A stretch of DNA of 64,000 nucleotides from Thermoplasmatota archaeon (GTDB lineage: Archaea > Thermoplasmatota > Thermoplasmata > Lutacidiplasmatales > JAMCUS01), in contig JAMCUS010000032.1 of assembly GCA_023379385.1 (NCBI GenBank), positions 14,243-78,242 on the forward strand. Reading direction: 5' to 3'. The notes below the pieces were generated by a model. That model did no database searches. It saw only the letters and a program-made list of their open reading frames with translations, and was not told the DNA's origin. A program made the position numbers and the translations under genes. Shown here piece after piece: positions 1 to 10,185 of the stretch (within the stretch, counting starts at the first letter, position 1; every line of letters starts with the position of its first letter).

Positions 1-361
1 CAGACACAATACCCGCTGTTATGTATCTACCACCATCATAAGAGAAATATTTTGGAACTGGAAGATCGGATAAAGATAGATTGGTTTTTTTGTATGGTGA
101 CGAAACAAATAGAGTTGGCTGGAGTGGCGTTTCAATTGCTCTCAGAATAGGAGCAGAAAGATTGCTGATATCTGTATTGAGTTCTTTAGCAATGATGACT
201 CTATCGCACCATATGTTGCCAATTACTGGTATGTCTTCGCTCTCAAAAAGTATGGTCTTATTCTGCATGGCGTGTTGCTCCTTTGACACGAAAAGTGGAT
301 CTTTTAAATTTACAGATTTTTTCAATGGCATTCTCTTTTCTAAAATATAATCATATAGCAT
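1..361 (-). CDS. UbiD-family (prFMN-dependent) decarboxylase, N-terminal part, running off the window edge; possibly anhydromevalonate phosphate decarboxylase
   Basis: Not in the ORF track. Manual translation from the ATG at 361 gives MLYDYILEKR...VIGNIW...LSDLPVPKYFSYDGGRYITAGIVS, matching the UbiD LPxPxxxxxDGGxYITAG motif. GGAGA RBS-like sequence upstream. Confidence 0.75.
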   Translation of the reverse strand, partial: MLYDYILEKRMPLKKSVNLKDPLFVSKEQHAMQNKTILFESEDIPVIGNIWCDRVIIAKELNTDISNLSAPILRAIETPLQPTLFVSSPYKKTNLSLSDLPVPKYFSYDGGRYITAGIVS

Positions 362-390
362 GGTACATCTCCATTGTGTCTAATAATTTA

Positions 391-1365
391 TTATTTTCCG
401 TTAAATTTATTTTTATCAATAACCTTTTCAAGAATTTTCTGTGATGCAGTATATGGATCTATGTTTTTATTATATACTTCAGTCATAAGCTCTTTTGTCT
501 CTGGGTCATGCTCCATCATGTATCTCATTCTATTCATAAATTCATCATAGATTATACCTTCCATTTCATACTGTAAAACCCGTTCATTACGTTTGGGTAT
601 GCCCTTACTTGCAGATAGATTCTTTTTGTGTTGATATATCGCATCTACCAGCTCCTTTATACCCATCTTCTTCAATGCAGAGGTACCAATAACAACAGGC
701 ATCCATTCTTTATACGGGTATTTGGCTATAGAGATCATATTTTCGAGATATGCTATGGCTTCATCTGCGCCTTCAATATCAATTTTATTGATAATAAAAA
801 TATCACCTATCTCTAACATACCTGCCTTAAGTGTTTGAATATCATCACCCAAATTTGGAGAAAGTACAACAGCAACCGTTTCTGCTACATTTATTATGTC
901 CACGTCTGCCTGTCCGGTTCCAACAGTTTCCACAATAATGACATCCATTTGAAAACCCTCCATTAAACGGATTATATTCCTTGTTGTTGTCGCAATACCA
1001 CCAATACCACCTCTGGTAGCCATGCTTCTTATGAATACGTTTTTGTTGAGTTCTAAATCGTTCATTCTTATGCGATCTCCAAGTATGGCTCCACCTGAGA
1101 ATGGGCTTGTTGGATCTATAGCAATAATTCCTACATATTTCCCCTGGGAGACAAATTCTTGTGCAAGCTCGGCTATAAGAGTGCTCTTGCCCACACCAGG
1201 TGGTCCCGTTATGCCTATTACATGGGATTTTCCCGTATTTTTATATATATCTTTTAATATATCTAAATACCCATCCTCTCTATTTTCAATTATAGATATT
1301 GCCTTTGATAATGCATATCTGTCTCTATAAAATATTTTTTTAACAATATCCACATTACTCAACAC
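391..1365 (-). CDS. meaB: Methylmalonyl-CoA mutase-associated GTPase MeaB/ArgK
   Basis: GITGPPGVGKST, DPTSPFSGGAILGDRIRM, VFIRSMATRG, VETVGTGQ, NKID; adjacent to the mutase B12-binding subunit. Confidence 0.95.
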   Translation of the reverse strand: MLSNVDIVKKIFYRDRYALSKAISIIENREDGYLDILKDIYKNTGKSHVIGITGPPGVGKSTLIAELAQEFVSQGKYVGIIAIDPTSPFSGGAILGDRIRMNDLELNKNVFIRSMATRGGIGGIATTTRNIIRLMEGFQMDVIIVETVGTGQADVDIINVAETVAVVLSPNLGDDIQTLKAGMLEIGDIFIINKIDIEGADEAIAYLENMISIAKYPYKEWMPVVIGTSALKKMGIKELVDAIYQHKKNLSASKGIPKRNERVLQYEMEGIIYDEFMNRMRYMMEHDPETKELMTEVYNKNIDPYTASQKILEKVIDKNKFNGK

Positions 1366-1428
1366 TCCAGTTTAACATAAATTTTTTGATGAAACATTTC
1401 GGAATAAACTATATCATTTCTGCCTACT

Positions 1429-1839
1429 CTAACTTCTCTTTAAATGCTTGATAATTGCGTCTCTTATGACATCCAAAGATGTGCCAGGTCCAAATACCTC
1501 AATAACACCCATTTTTTTAAGTATTTCTGCATCACTGTCCGGTATTATACCACCGACATATACAAGAATGTTCTCTCCACCTCTTTCTTTCAATAATCTC
1601 AAAATTTCTGGAACCAGTGTCATGTGTGCTCCTGACAAAATACTGATACCTACGGTATCTACATCTTCTTCAATAGCAACTGTTACTATCTGGTCAGGTG
1701 TCTGTCTTAAACCTGTATATATTACCTCCATGCCAGCATCTCTTAAACCTCTTGCTACAACCTTTGCGCCTCTATCATGCCCATCCAGACCAGGTTTAGC
1801 AATCAATACTCTTATAGGTCTTATTCTCTGGTTTCCCAT
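1429..1839 (-). CDS. Methylmalonyl-CoA mutase C-terminal cobalamin-binding subunit
   Basis: [28 protein letters not shown] (DxHxxG), SILSGAH, GGIIP. Confidence 0.95.
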   Translation of the reverse strand: MGNQRIRPIRVLIAKPGLDGHDRGAKVVARGLRDAGMEVIYTGLRQTPDQIVTVAIEEDVDTVGISILSGAHMTLVPEILRLLKERGGENILVYVGGIIPDSDAEILKKMGVIEVFGPGTSLDVIRDAIIKHLKRS

Positions 1840-1977
1840 TTATACACCTTACTCATAATTACATGTGCTGTAATATGCATATTTTATCAATTAATAATTT
1901 TTTCTATCATTTATAACATATAATATATAAGTCATATTATAAATACTTATTATTGCTCTATCGTATCAATAATATCT

Positions 1978-2050
1978 GCGTCTCCACTAAAGCAACGGAG
2001 TTTTATCTTTTATCGCAAGAAGACACCTTCCGTAAGGCGGGGTAGTTCAC
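1978..2050 (+). mobile_element. Short IS200/IS605-derived remnant (hairpin plus right-end motif)
   Basis: CTCC-actaaagcaac-GGAG hairpin, then gaagacaccttccgtaaggcggggtagttcac, resembling IS605/IS1341-type right ends that finish in TCAC. A related motif lies at 25081-25133. Confidence 0.5.
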
Positions 2051-2051
2051 T

Positions 2052-3041
2052 CTATTTTTCAAGCTGTACAAAATATCTAGTCAATGACCTGTGAACTCGT
2101 GAAGGAAATACATTATTAACCTTCAGATAGTCCTTTGCTAAATCTATTAAACCTTCATTTGGGAATATGAATGATACCTTTTTGCCTTTAGATATAGTAT
2201 CAGCCATAGCTGAAAGTGTTTTTCTGTATAATAGCTCCAGAGCAATGTGATTGAGAGTAGAAGATCTACCATAGGGGGGATCTGTTGCTATACCATTAAT
2301 AGATCTCTTTATTTCGTTGCATCGCATTGCGTCATGTTGAGTGATATCGATCATGTCTGATACGTTATTATAATTGATATTGGCAATTGATTCTTTTATT
2401 CTTCTGAGATCTATGTCTATACCAATTCCCTTTATTCCCATTAATGCGGCCTCAATCAATAACCTCCCAGTACCTGCAAACACATCAAGAACTGTGTCAC
2501 CTTCCTTTATCATAGACAGGTTTATAAGCAGTTTATTCAGTCTGTATGGCAGAACAACCGGGGCATCTATTATATACCTGCCGTGTATATTCGCGTTTTT
2601 GAATTTATAACTGCTTATAACACAGTATGCAATATATTCATTATTTCGCTTTATAATTCTGAAGATAGGTCTATCATGCAAGTATTGCTCTCTTATTGAT
2701 GAAGCCATGTTAAAATTATTTCTGGACCATTCACTAATTCCACCTTCCTCCCATACAGTTATATCTTTATTAAAAAGTGCTTTATTTGTATCATTCATAT
2801 CCTTTGCTAAATACCCTATCTCAAAGCATAGTCCTGATCTAATGAATATTTTTTTTATTAATTCTTTAGAAACATTGGACCTGAAAAAAAGGTAATGCCT
2901 GAATCTATCAAAAGGATTAAAAGTAACCCCATAGGTGGAAAAAAGTGATGAAAGCTCGTATTCTGCAAGAGCTGGCAGATCACCAGCTAGTCTGACATAA
3001 AAAAATTCAGAATCTATGTCTTGCTTTGATACGTTCCTCAC
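2052..3041 (-). CDS. tRNA guanine-N2 methyltransferase, Trm11/TrmG10-like (start uncertain)
   Basis: VLDVFAGTGRLLIEA SAM-binding motif, ATDPPYGRSS, C-terminal RVHRSLTRY. Confidence 0.8.
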   Translation of the reverse strand: MRNVSKQDIDSEFFYVRLAGDLPALAEYELSSLFSTYGVTFNPFDRFRHYLFFRSNVSKELIKKIFIRSGLCFEIGYLAKDMNDTNKALFNKDITVWEEGGISEWSRNNFNMASSIREQYLHDRPIFRIIKRNNEYIAYCVISSYKFKNANIHGRYIIDAPVVLPYRLNKLLINLSMIKEGDTVLDVFAGTGRLLIEAALMGIKGIGIDIDLRRIKESIANINYNNVSDMIDITQHDAMRCNEIKRSINGIATDPPYGRSSTLNHIALELLYRKTLSAMADTISKGKKVSFIFPNEGLIDLAKDYLKVNNVFPSRVHRSLTRYFVQLEK

Positions 3042-3420
3042 TTTTATCAGTCATCCTGAGTGCCCATGCACCGCTTATTAAAAACAGAAGCAGTAGTATG
3101 CTTATTAAAATAATATATATAAATTTTGTTCCAGAGGATATTCCTTTCATAAGCAACGTTCCTAAATATAAAAATGCAATGCCTAAAACAAAGAAAAGAA
3201 CAGTACCACTTTTGGATATATCCCCATAATCTGTAAAAGCAAATGTGAAATAGAAAATTACTGCAAACACTAACGCTACAAATCCATTAATAACAAGCGC
3301 CATAGGGGTGTTGGCGGGATACGCATATAAAAAAATGTACGCAAAAATGGCAACAAGTATAAAAATTATGACTCCTAAAATGAGATAACCCATTTCAGAA
3401 ATTTTCTTCCGTTCTACCAT
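3007..3420 (-). CDS. Hypothetical membrane protein (4 TM)
   Basis: 137-aa ORF with four hydrophobic segments, co-oriented with neighbours. Confidence 0.65.
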   Translation of the reverse strand: MVERKKISEMGYLILGVIIFILVAIFAYIFLYAYPANTPMALVINGFVALVFAVIFYFTFAFTDYGDISKSGTVLFFVLGIAFLYLGTLLMKGISSGTKFIYIILISILLLLFLISGAWALRMTDKSEERIKARHRF

Positions 3421-3590
3421 GGTGTTAGATTGTTTACGCTGTATTTATATTTATTTTTATAAAAGACAATACATATAACAACATAAATATATTCAATAGC
3501 AGATCCCAGGTGACGCCATTATAAAAAATAGTTTTATTAAAATCAAAACATATATCAATCCATCCAATTCTATGATAGGAATAAGACAGT

Positions 3591-4976
3591 TTAGAAATGG
3601 AGCTGTTCAGATACCATTTTATCTGCAATTTCCATGAACTTTTTTAAATGTTCAGATTTTATATTGGCTCCTGAAGCTATAACATGCCCCCCCCCTTTTC
3701 CACCTACCATCTCTGCAGCCGTTTTACACACCTCTGTAAGATTAAGGCCATGTTCAATCATGTATCTTGTACCTCTGGAGGATACCTTTACGTTTCCATT
3801 ACCATCTACTGAATATCCAAATAATGGTTTTCTGGAATCAGTTATATAGTTAACGGATATTCCCGATACAGCTCCCGCTATGGAGGGTTGCTCAACACTG
3901 AAATAACTTATTGATTTAAGTGAGGTATAGTTACCTGATTCAATTTTAAGCAATTCTTTAATGACTTTTTGATGAAAATTATTTTGAAGATTCTGAAGAT
4001 CAGAAATCTGGGATTTATCACCCATGGCGTACAGTACACCCAGTGATTCAGCACCCTCTCTCCCACACGCGTTCATATATGAGGATAGAAGGAGACTGTT
4101 CTCAATATCTCCTTTGAGTATGTATCTGGGTGCAACAGCATCAATAGCTATTTCCGGTCTTACGCCATGATTTAACAGATACTGAACAATGTAGGAATTC
4201 AGCTTTTCTACAAGTTTACTGTTATTATCATACAGATCAAGGTAACTACTTTTATCATCTATTTTTAATGTATTGAGCAGATTCGAGACGCCTTCATCTC
4301 TGCCTGTGATACCTACAAGATATGGTTCTGTAGATTCTCTTATCTCTTCTGCAATAGGTTTACCGTAATATGGCAAGCCAACCCTTACGGTTATTAGATT
4401 TCTTTTAACAGCTTCTTCAACGAGTATTTTATTCAATCCATTATAGCCGCCTGTATGCTGTCTATCTGCGATCGTTCCAGCAAGAAAGAAAGGTATTGAA
4501 TTCCACGATTCTTCATCATACAGTATTGTGAACAGAAAGGATATTGTAGTTCCACATGCCTCACGGGTTCCATCCATGCCATAGTTTACAGGATTTAGAT
4601 TTATTAGATCGTCGTCATCTCCTACCACTGGGTGATGATCCATTAGTATTGTATTATGTTTATTTTTAATAAGATCAATGGCAGAGCTTCCTATGTCTAA
4701 TAAAAGTAGAGTTGATCCATCAGTTGGTAGCATATTGACAAAGTTGCTATCTACACCTTTTACAAAAGATAGATGAAATCTTTTTTTTTTCATTTGAAAT
4801 AACCTAACAACAATAGACGCGGCAGAGACGCCATCCCCGTCGTAATGTGCTATTATACGTATATTGTTACTATTTTTTACCAGTTCTATACCTCTATTGA
4901 ATGCATCAATATATCTATCTATTAACATGCCATTGATAAAAGCTGGAATATTCACGTTCTTATTCTTGTTAACCAT
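3591..4976 (-). CDS. DHH-family phosphoesterase, archaeal RecJ-like
   Basis: HYDGDG, LLDIGS, MDHH, DHHA1 GGKGGGHVIASGA; usually found downstream of rps15 in euryarchaea. Confidence 0.9.
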   Translation of the reverse strand: MVNKNKNVNIPAFINGMLIDRYIDAFNRGIELVKNSNNIRIIAHYDGDGVSAASIVVRLFQMKKKRFHLSFVKGVDSNFVNMLPTDGSTLLLLDIGSSAIDLIKNKHNTILMDHHPVVGDDDDLINLNPVNYGMDGTREACGTTISFLFTILYDEESWNSIPFFLAGTIADRQHTGGYNGLNKILVEEAVKRNLITVRVGLPYYGKPIAEEIRESTEPYLVGITGRDEGVSNLLNTLKIDDKSSYLDLYDNNSKLVEKLNSYIVQYLLNHGVRPEIAIDAVAPRYILKGDIENSLLLSSYMNACGREGAESLGVLYAMGDKSQISDLQNLQNNFHQKVIKELLKIESGNYTSLKSISYFSVEQPSIAGAVSGISVNYITDSRKPLFGYSVDGNGNVKVSSRGTRYMIEHGLNLTEVCKTAAEMVGGKGGGHVIASGANIKSEHLKKFMEIADKMVSEQLHF

Positions 4977-5039
4977 GCTAACACCTATCTCCGGAAGTTA
5001 TCATCCTGTCTAACATAGACGTTTAAACTTCATGTGTAC

Positions 5040-5610
5040 AACTCTAAATCTACTATATCCTCTATCCAAAATTGTTTGATCCTTTTAAATTTCATACCTT
5101 AAATACCCTTCCGAATCAGGCTTCATATTGCCTGTTTTCGATGTAACAACAGAATCTCTACCAAATTTCTGGAACATATGTTTGAATAATTCAAATTTCG
5201 CCTTACTCAATTCATCTTTATATGCAAAAACAACTTTGTCTACATTATAATCAAGAAGTTCATCAACCATTTCAAAAAACCCCTTTTCTGTTTTCAAATG
5301 ATATGCCTGTTGCATTACCTAAATATTTTCCATTGATTATTGTGTATCCACTCGTGAAGCACCACTGCTTGAACTGTTCAATCTGATTATTAATATCACT
5401 CTTCTGCTTTGCTGTTAATGCCATTGCATAAAGCATTATCTTTCTTTTTATATTTCTGTTAAAAAGTTTGTAGACATCCTCATCATTGTAACAGTAATGA
5501 CCATTAGACATAACTGTAAATCTAATCTTACTATTATATATATAGACCTGAAATGTTTTTCTGGTAATCCCTAAAAGGTTCATGACCTCATTTGCTTTCA
5601 TAGTTAACAT
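5040..5610 (-). pseudogene. IS607-family serine recombinase (TnpA) pseudogene, frameshifted
   Basis: MKANEVMNLLGITRKT HTH, degenerate YARVS (YAMALT), second frame VVFAYKDELSKAKFELF (from KDRLsRfGF); split over two overlapping ORFs. Confidence 0.8.
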
Positions 5611-5655
5611 CCTTGTAAATTATATCTCTATAATAACGGTTATTATTTTTATAAA

Positions 5656-6105
5656 TCATATAACTGGTGGTGTATAAACCCATTTGCTATCTATGATTTC
5701 AAGTCTTTTGTAATACTTAACCAATCTTCTAATTTTTGAATTGATTAAATCAAAACCTCTTTTATTGGATTTATCGTATTTATGTTTTCTTAAATGTGAC
5801 GCAAGAGATTTATGTTTTGCAATAAGATTTGCAAGATCCTCAGGAATATCTATTCTTATATTATTTTTCTTTAGTATTAATTTTATGCTATTACCAGTAG
5901 CAAGTTTAACACTTGGAACTCCATATTGATCCCTCAAAATTGTGCCAATTTTTGATGGTGTGTTACCTTTTTTGTATTCTTCAGTTATGTATTTCTCAAT
6001 TTCTTCGTTACCCATTTTAACCCATGCCGGATTCACTGTATAACGTGATTTATGGGATCCTGCTTTACCTCTTTTACTGTTATGCATTCTTGACAACCAA
6101 ATCAT
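5656..6105 (-). CDS. rps15: 30S ribosomal protein S15 (uS15)
   Basis: SRMHNSKRGKAGS, PSKIGTILRDQYGVPSVK, IPEDLANL, SKIRRLVKYYK. Confidence 0.97.
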   Translation of the reverse strand: MIWLSRMHNSKRGKAGSHKSRYTVNPAWVKMGNEEIEKYITEEYKKGNTPSKIGTILRDQYGVPSVKLATGNSIKLILKKNNIRIDIPEDLANLIAKHKSLASHLRKHKYDKSNKRGFDLINSKIRRLVKYYKRLEIIDSKWVYTPPVI

Positions 6106-6390
6106 CCTCCTCTTGTATATCTACATTACATCCCAAAATTTGTTTATAAACTTTTTGGATAGTTATAACTCTAATATTCATCACATATATAATAATTTTT
6201 TAGGCATTCTTATTGACTACGCGTATTTTATCTGAGGTGTTACGACCATTTGGATACTGAGTAATGATATCACCTGCCACAAAAAAACGCTTGCACGTAT
6301 ACACATATCACTGACATGGATATATAGTTGCCGACACATCATAAACCCCATATTATATGAGCCATGCCGATAAAGTTAACACCCATAACA

Positions 6391-6795
6391 TTACTTACTA
6401 GCATTGTTTACCATTTCAATTAAATCAGTTTCAACCTGTTCTAATTCTTTTTTATCTATTTCATTAAATAATTCAGAGATTATCGTTGGCTTCATTCCAG
6501 CTATTAACACTTTTTCAGTTCTGTTTATGACATTTATTTTACACGGCATACAGAGTGATATTAACCTATTTTTATTCAAAAGTTGATTTGCATATTTCGC
6601 TGAACAAATTTCTATTATTTTCAATTGATCCTGTTTGAAGCCCTTTGCCAATAGACGCTCTTTTACGTCATAAATCTGGAATAATGCCCATCCCTTTTGT
6701 TCTACCACTTTCAAAACAGATACAACAGCGTCATCAAAGTTTTTGTCAGTTTCAACGGCATAAACAAAATCATCTACATTCATATTTTCACCCAT
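6391..6795 (-). CDS. DUF302 family protein
   Basis: KIIEICSAKYANQLL...ISLCMPCKINV pattern typical of DUF302. Confidence 0.8.
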   Translation of the reverse strand: MGENMNVDDFVYAVETDKNFDDAVVSVLKVVEQKGWALFQIYDVKERLLAKGFKQDQLKIIEICSAKYANQLLNKNRLISLCMPCKINVINRTEKVLIAGMKPTIISELFNEIDKKELEQVETDLIEMVNNASK

Positions 6796-6891
6796 GTTAC
6801 AGTATCAAAATTTTACTATAAAATTTTATAATATTTATGTATTGCTCAATAAGAAGCATGTTTTTATATTTTATAAGAGATAACAACATTA

Positions 6892-7410
6892 ATGACTAAA
6901 GAAGGAAAAAAAATGGAATATATAAAATACATAAAAATAGTTGTTGTTATTATGGTAGTTCTTATAATCATAACACCACTTGCTACAAAAACTACAAAAA
7001 CAGCTTTGCCTGTAATATTTATAGAACCCTCTATATCTATGAATGTAAACAACAGTTCTGTACAGATACTGGTGACAGGTATAACCCCATCAGTCTACTC
7101 AACAATATCAATATTGATAGGTACCAAAAGTGGTATATGGACGTTTAATGAAACAAGAAATGAATCAATATACGATGCATTTCATACCAATTTATCATCA
7201 TTTTATCTGAATGTTACATGCATAAGCAGTGGTAGTAGCACTAATTATAAAACAGTAGAGTTTACAGCACAGTACCATATAAATATAATTAGTAGATATA
7301 ATCCGGTTAACATAATGGTAACTCAACCACCTGCATTGGGTAGCAGTACCTTGCAGATTAAATCAAATACATTCAAACTTGCTTTAATTGAGGTAGGAGG
7401 ATCGATTTAA
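6892..7410 (+). CDS. Hypothetical membrane-anchored/secreted protein
   Basis: N-terminal hydrophobic helix, then Ser/Thr/Asn-rich beta region; abuts the next gene. Confidence 0.65.
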   Translation: MTKEGKKMEYIKYIKIVVVIMVVLIIITPLATKTTKTALPVIFIEPSISMNVNNSSVQILVTGITPSVYSTISILIGTKSGIWTFNETRNESIYDAFHTNLSSFYLNVTCISSGSSTNYKTVEFTAQYHINIISRYNPVNIMVTQPPALGSSTLQIKSNTFKLALIEVGGSI

Positions 7411-7721
7411 TGAAAATAAACAGTTCGCTTTTTGTCTGGATAGGTATTCTTGTAGTACTGATAATTGCAGAAATACTGGAGATTGCTGGTGTTATTTCGT
7501 ATCAGTTTATCGTAGGTAATATATTCTTTTTTGTATTTGCAGTTGTTATAATTGCCTTTCTTGCGATCATAGGTGCCATGTTTGTTGGTGTTTTATTATC
7601 AAAGAAATTATATACAGATAATAATTTTACACCGTTTGAGGTTGAAATGCTGAAAATGAAAGAGGATATAGCAGAACTTAAAACAATGATTAAGGAATCT
7701 AAAGGAGGAAAAAATGAGTAG
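7410..7721 (+). CDS. Hypothetical membrane protein
   Basis: Two TM helices plus short coiled coil (FTPFEVEMLKMKEDI); TAATG coupling with the upstream gene. Confidence 0.7.
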   Translation: MKINSSLFVWIGILVVLIIAEILEIAGVISYQFIVGNIFFFVFAVVIIAFLAIIGAMFVGVLLSKKLYTDNNFTPFEVEMLKMKEDIAELKTMIKESKGGKNE

Positions 7722-8280
7722 GATCATTGTTGTTGATAATGGTGGTCAATGGACTCATAGAGAATGGCGTGTCCTTAAAGAGATGGGTGTAGAAACAGAA
7801 ATTATAAAAAACAATACACCTGTAAACTCCATAAAGGCAGATGGGATTGTCTTATCTGGTGGTACTGCAAATTTTTCATATGACGAACGAATGCTTGGAT
7901 CTGTATCTGAATATTTAGATCAGTTATCCATACCAATTTTAGGTATATGTGTAGGACATCAATTTATGTCCATTCATCTTGGTGGTGAAGTAAAAAGAGC
8001 TATTAAACCAGAGTTTGGAAAGGTAATTATAGAATTAAAATCGGATTCTGAACTTTTTAAGAACATACCAAAAAAGTTCGTTGCGTGGGCATCACACAAT
8101 GATGAGGTAACCTCTTTACCGCCTTCTTTTATATTAACAGCTTCATCTGATAACTGTCTTGTCGAAGCTATGGAAGATGGATCCAAGTCGCTATATGGTG
8201 TTCAGTTCCATCCAGAGGTTGAACATACTGAATATGGTAGAAAAATATTCAGTAATTTTGTTGATATATGTAAGAAATGA
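7714..8280 (+). CDS. guaAA: GMP synthase glutamine amidotransferase subunit A
   Basis: VDNGGQWTHREWR, PILGICVGHQ, GVQFHPEVEHT. Confidence 0.95.
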   Translation: MSRIIVVDNGGQWTHREWRVLKEMGVETEIIKNNTPVNSIKADGIVLSGGTANFSYDERMLGSVSEYLDQLSIPILGICVGHQFMSIHLGGEVKRAIKPEFGKVIIELKSDSELFKNIPKKFVAWASHNDEVTSLPPSFILTASSDNCLVEAMEDGSKSLYGVQFHPEVEHTEYGRKIFSNFVDICKK

Positions 8281-8328
8281 ACGGGATAGCAAAGATATTA
8301 TAAAATAATATGTATGTGTGGGTAACTT

Positions 8329-9219
8329 ATGTATGTGTATAGAGATATTCCCTCTTTTATAGCGTTTGGTGTATCATTTATCATGCTATTATACGGTTCG
8401 TATATAGACTGGAAATTCAGAGAAATAGATAATTGGCCATGGGTTGTAATGGCCTTAACAGGTGTGTTTATAATTATTTATATTGATGGAAATACAATAG
8501 TTGAACTTTCACATATACTTCCATTTATCGCTGCCTTATTATCTCTGTTTGGACCTATTATTGATTGGGATGAAATTATAAAAATGGATGATCTGTATTA
8601 TATTCTTATAGATTACGGTAGCTATGTGATTTCTGCTATACTATTTTTACTAACTTATATATTTTTAGGCTTAAATAATTTTTTTATAACCATGCTTATA
8701 GTTTATATGATGTACGTTTTTATAAGGGTTTTGTATGAATTATCTGTGATACATGGCGGTGCTGATGCTAAAGCCCTTATGTCTATATCGTTTTTATTTT
8801 TTAATGGGTTTTCGTTGCCAGTAATTCCATTAATAAAGTATAACACAGTATTTCCTTTCTCATTTCAGGTTTTATTTGATGCCGTACTAATTTCACTATT
8901 CCTACCGGTATACTTTTTTATAATAAATATAAAAAACAGAAATATATCAATTCCATACATGCTATTTGGATACAAAATGTCATTACCAGAAGCCAAGAAA
9001 AAATATGTATGGCTTATGGAATTGCCAGGCAACAGAATGATTCTATTTCCAGGTAAGCTGGATGACGAGGTAATCAAACATGCATTTGATGGTCTTGAAC
9101 GTGAAAAAAAAGAAAATGTATGGGTCACGCCGCAGCTTCCGTTCATTATTTTCATTTTTGTTGGATATATTATTCAGACAATCTTCTTTAGTCCATTAGC
9201 ATTAATATTTTATCATTAA
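8329..9219 (+). CDS. Prepilin/preflagellin peptidase (A24, PibD/FlaK-like)
   Basis: SYIDWKFREI, GGADAKAL, VWVTPQLPFI; multi-TM. Confidence 0.9.
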   Translation: MYVYRDIPSFIAFGVSFIMLLYGSYIDWKFREIDNWPWVVMALTGVFIIIYIDGNTIVELSHILPFIAALLSLFGPIIDWDEIIKMDDLYYILIDYGSYVISAILFLLTYIFLGLNNFFITMLIVYMMYVFIRVLYELSVIHGGADAKALMSISFLFFNGFSLPVIPLIKYNTVFPFSFQVLFDAVLISLFLPVYFFIINIKNRNISIPYMLFGYKMSLPEAKKKYVWLMELPGNRMILFPGKLDDEVIKHAFDGLEREKKENVWVTPQLPFIIFIFVGYIIQTIFFSPLALIFYH

Positions 9220-9410
9220 ATCAGATTTGTACATAACCTGTAGAATTGTTATTATAATTGATAATTTTCGGTAGTTACCGTTGGATACGTATGAGTGAAA
9301 ACGTAACACTGCACAGCATCTGTGACATAAAGTGGGATAGATGGCAAGCATGCGCAGTCATCCAGTTATTACATTGTTTAAATTACATTGAATTATATCA
9401 TCAACGAATT

Positions 9411-10037
9411 TCATTGAAGATCAATTGCTCCGCTCATAGACGTTAAACCACTTATTGGATGAACCTGAAGAGAATAACCATAAAAGTTTGATTGAGGTGG
9501 TGATTGAGTGTTGCTAAACCATACGATAGTTAACCATCCGCCTGCCTGAAGGGTTGTCATTCCATCCGGTGCTGTAGAGAAACAAACCGAAGGTTTATCT
9601 ACCGGTAACGTAACTGGGCATCCACTATATTGCCATGTACCAGGACCTGCGGTGTCAACACCACCTATATTGTATTGCCCCATATATTTACCAGTAGTAT
9701 TGAAATAATTAACGATAAAATAACCACCACCTGTAGGATTAGGAAATGGTATTCCTTGAGCATTAACAACAGAAAAACCCACATCCTGAATATGTATTGG
9801 GGCAGAGATAGTCATGATTGATACGTTCTCAATAATATATGTACTGGATGATGCCGCAGAGGTAGTACTGTAAAAAACAACATTTGCTGGAAGATATCTA
9901 GGTGCTTTAACAAGTCCTATAACCATTGTGTAAAGTATTCCAGCAAGTACGACTGTGATTGCAACCATAAGTACCGTTGCAATTACGGTGGAAACAGCTA
10001 CATCCCTTTTCTTTGAAATATTGGAATGTGTATACAT
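9411..10037 (-). CDS. Archaeal type IV pilin (DUF1628-type N-terminus)
   Basis: KKRDVAVSTVIATVLMVAITVVLAGILY class III signal/hydrophobic helix; convergent with the prepilin peptidase. Confidence 0.85.
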   Translation of the reverse strand: MYTHSNISKKRDVAVSTVIATVLMVAITVVLAGILYTMVIGLVKAPRYLPANVVFYSTTSAASSSTYIIENVSIMTISAPIHIQDVGFSVVNAQGIPFPNPTGGGYFIVNYFNTTGKYMGQYNIGGVDTAGPGTWQYSGCPVTLPVDKPSVCFSTAPDGMTTLQAGGWLTIVWFSNTQSPPQSNFYGYSLQVHPISGLTSMSGAIDLQ

Positions 10038-10185
10038 AGATTATTAATATTAAAAAGGATGTTATTAAATGTTTTGCTATCTCCGGCTTTGAGACAAAAT
10101 TATTAAACATATATTAATTTAACTTTATAAGCTTGATTTCAAGTAATATTTATATGCTACTTTAACACAATATAATTAAAGGAGC

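Noticed and set aside
6200-6390. Possible small degraded Cys-containing ORF upstream of rps15
   Set aside because: It is interrupted by stops and has no recognisable motif, so it cannot be supported.
8329-10037. Pilin plus prepilin peptidase as a novel pilus system or as the target of the Ubl operon
   Set aside because: No assembly ATPase or TadC is present, both genes are commonly scattered in archaea, and proximity to the Ubl operon alone is not evidence.
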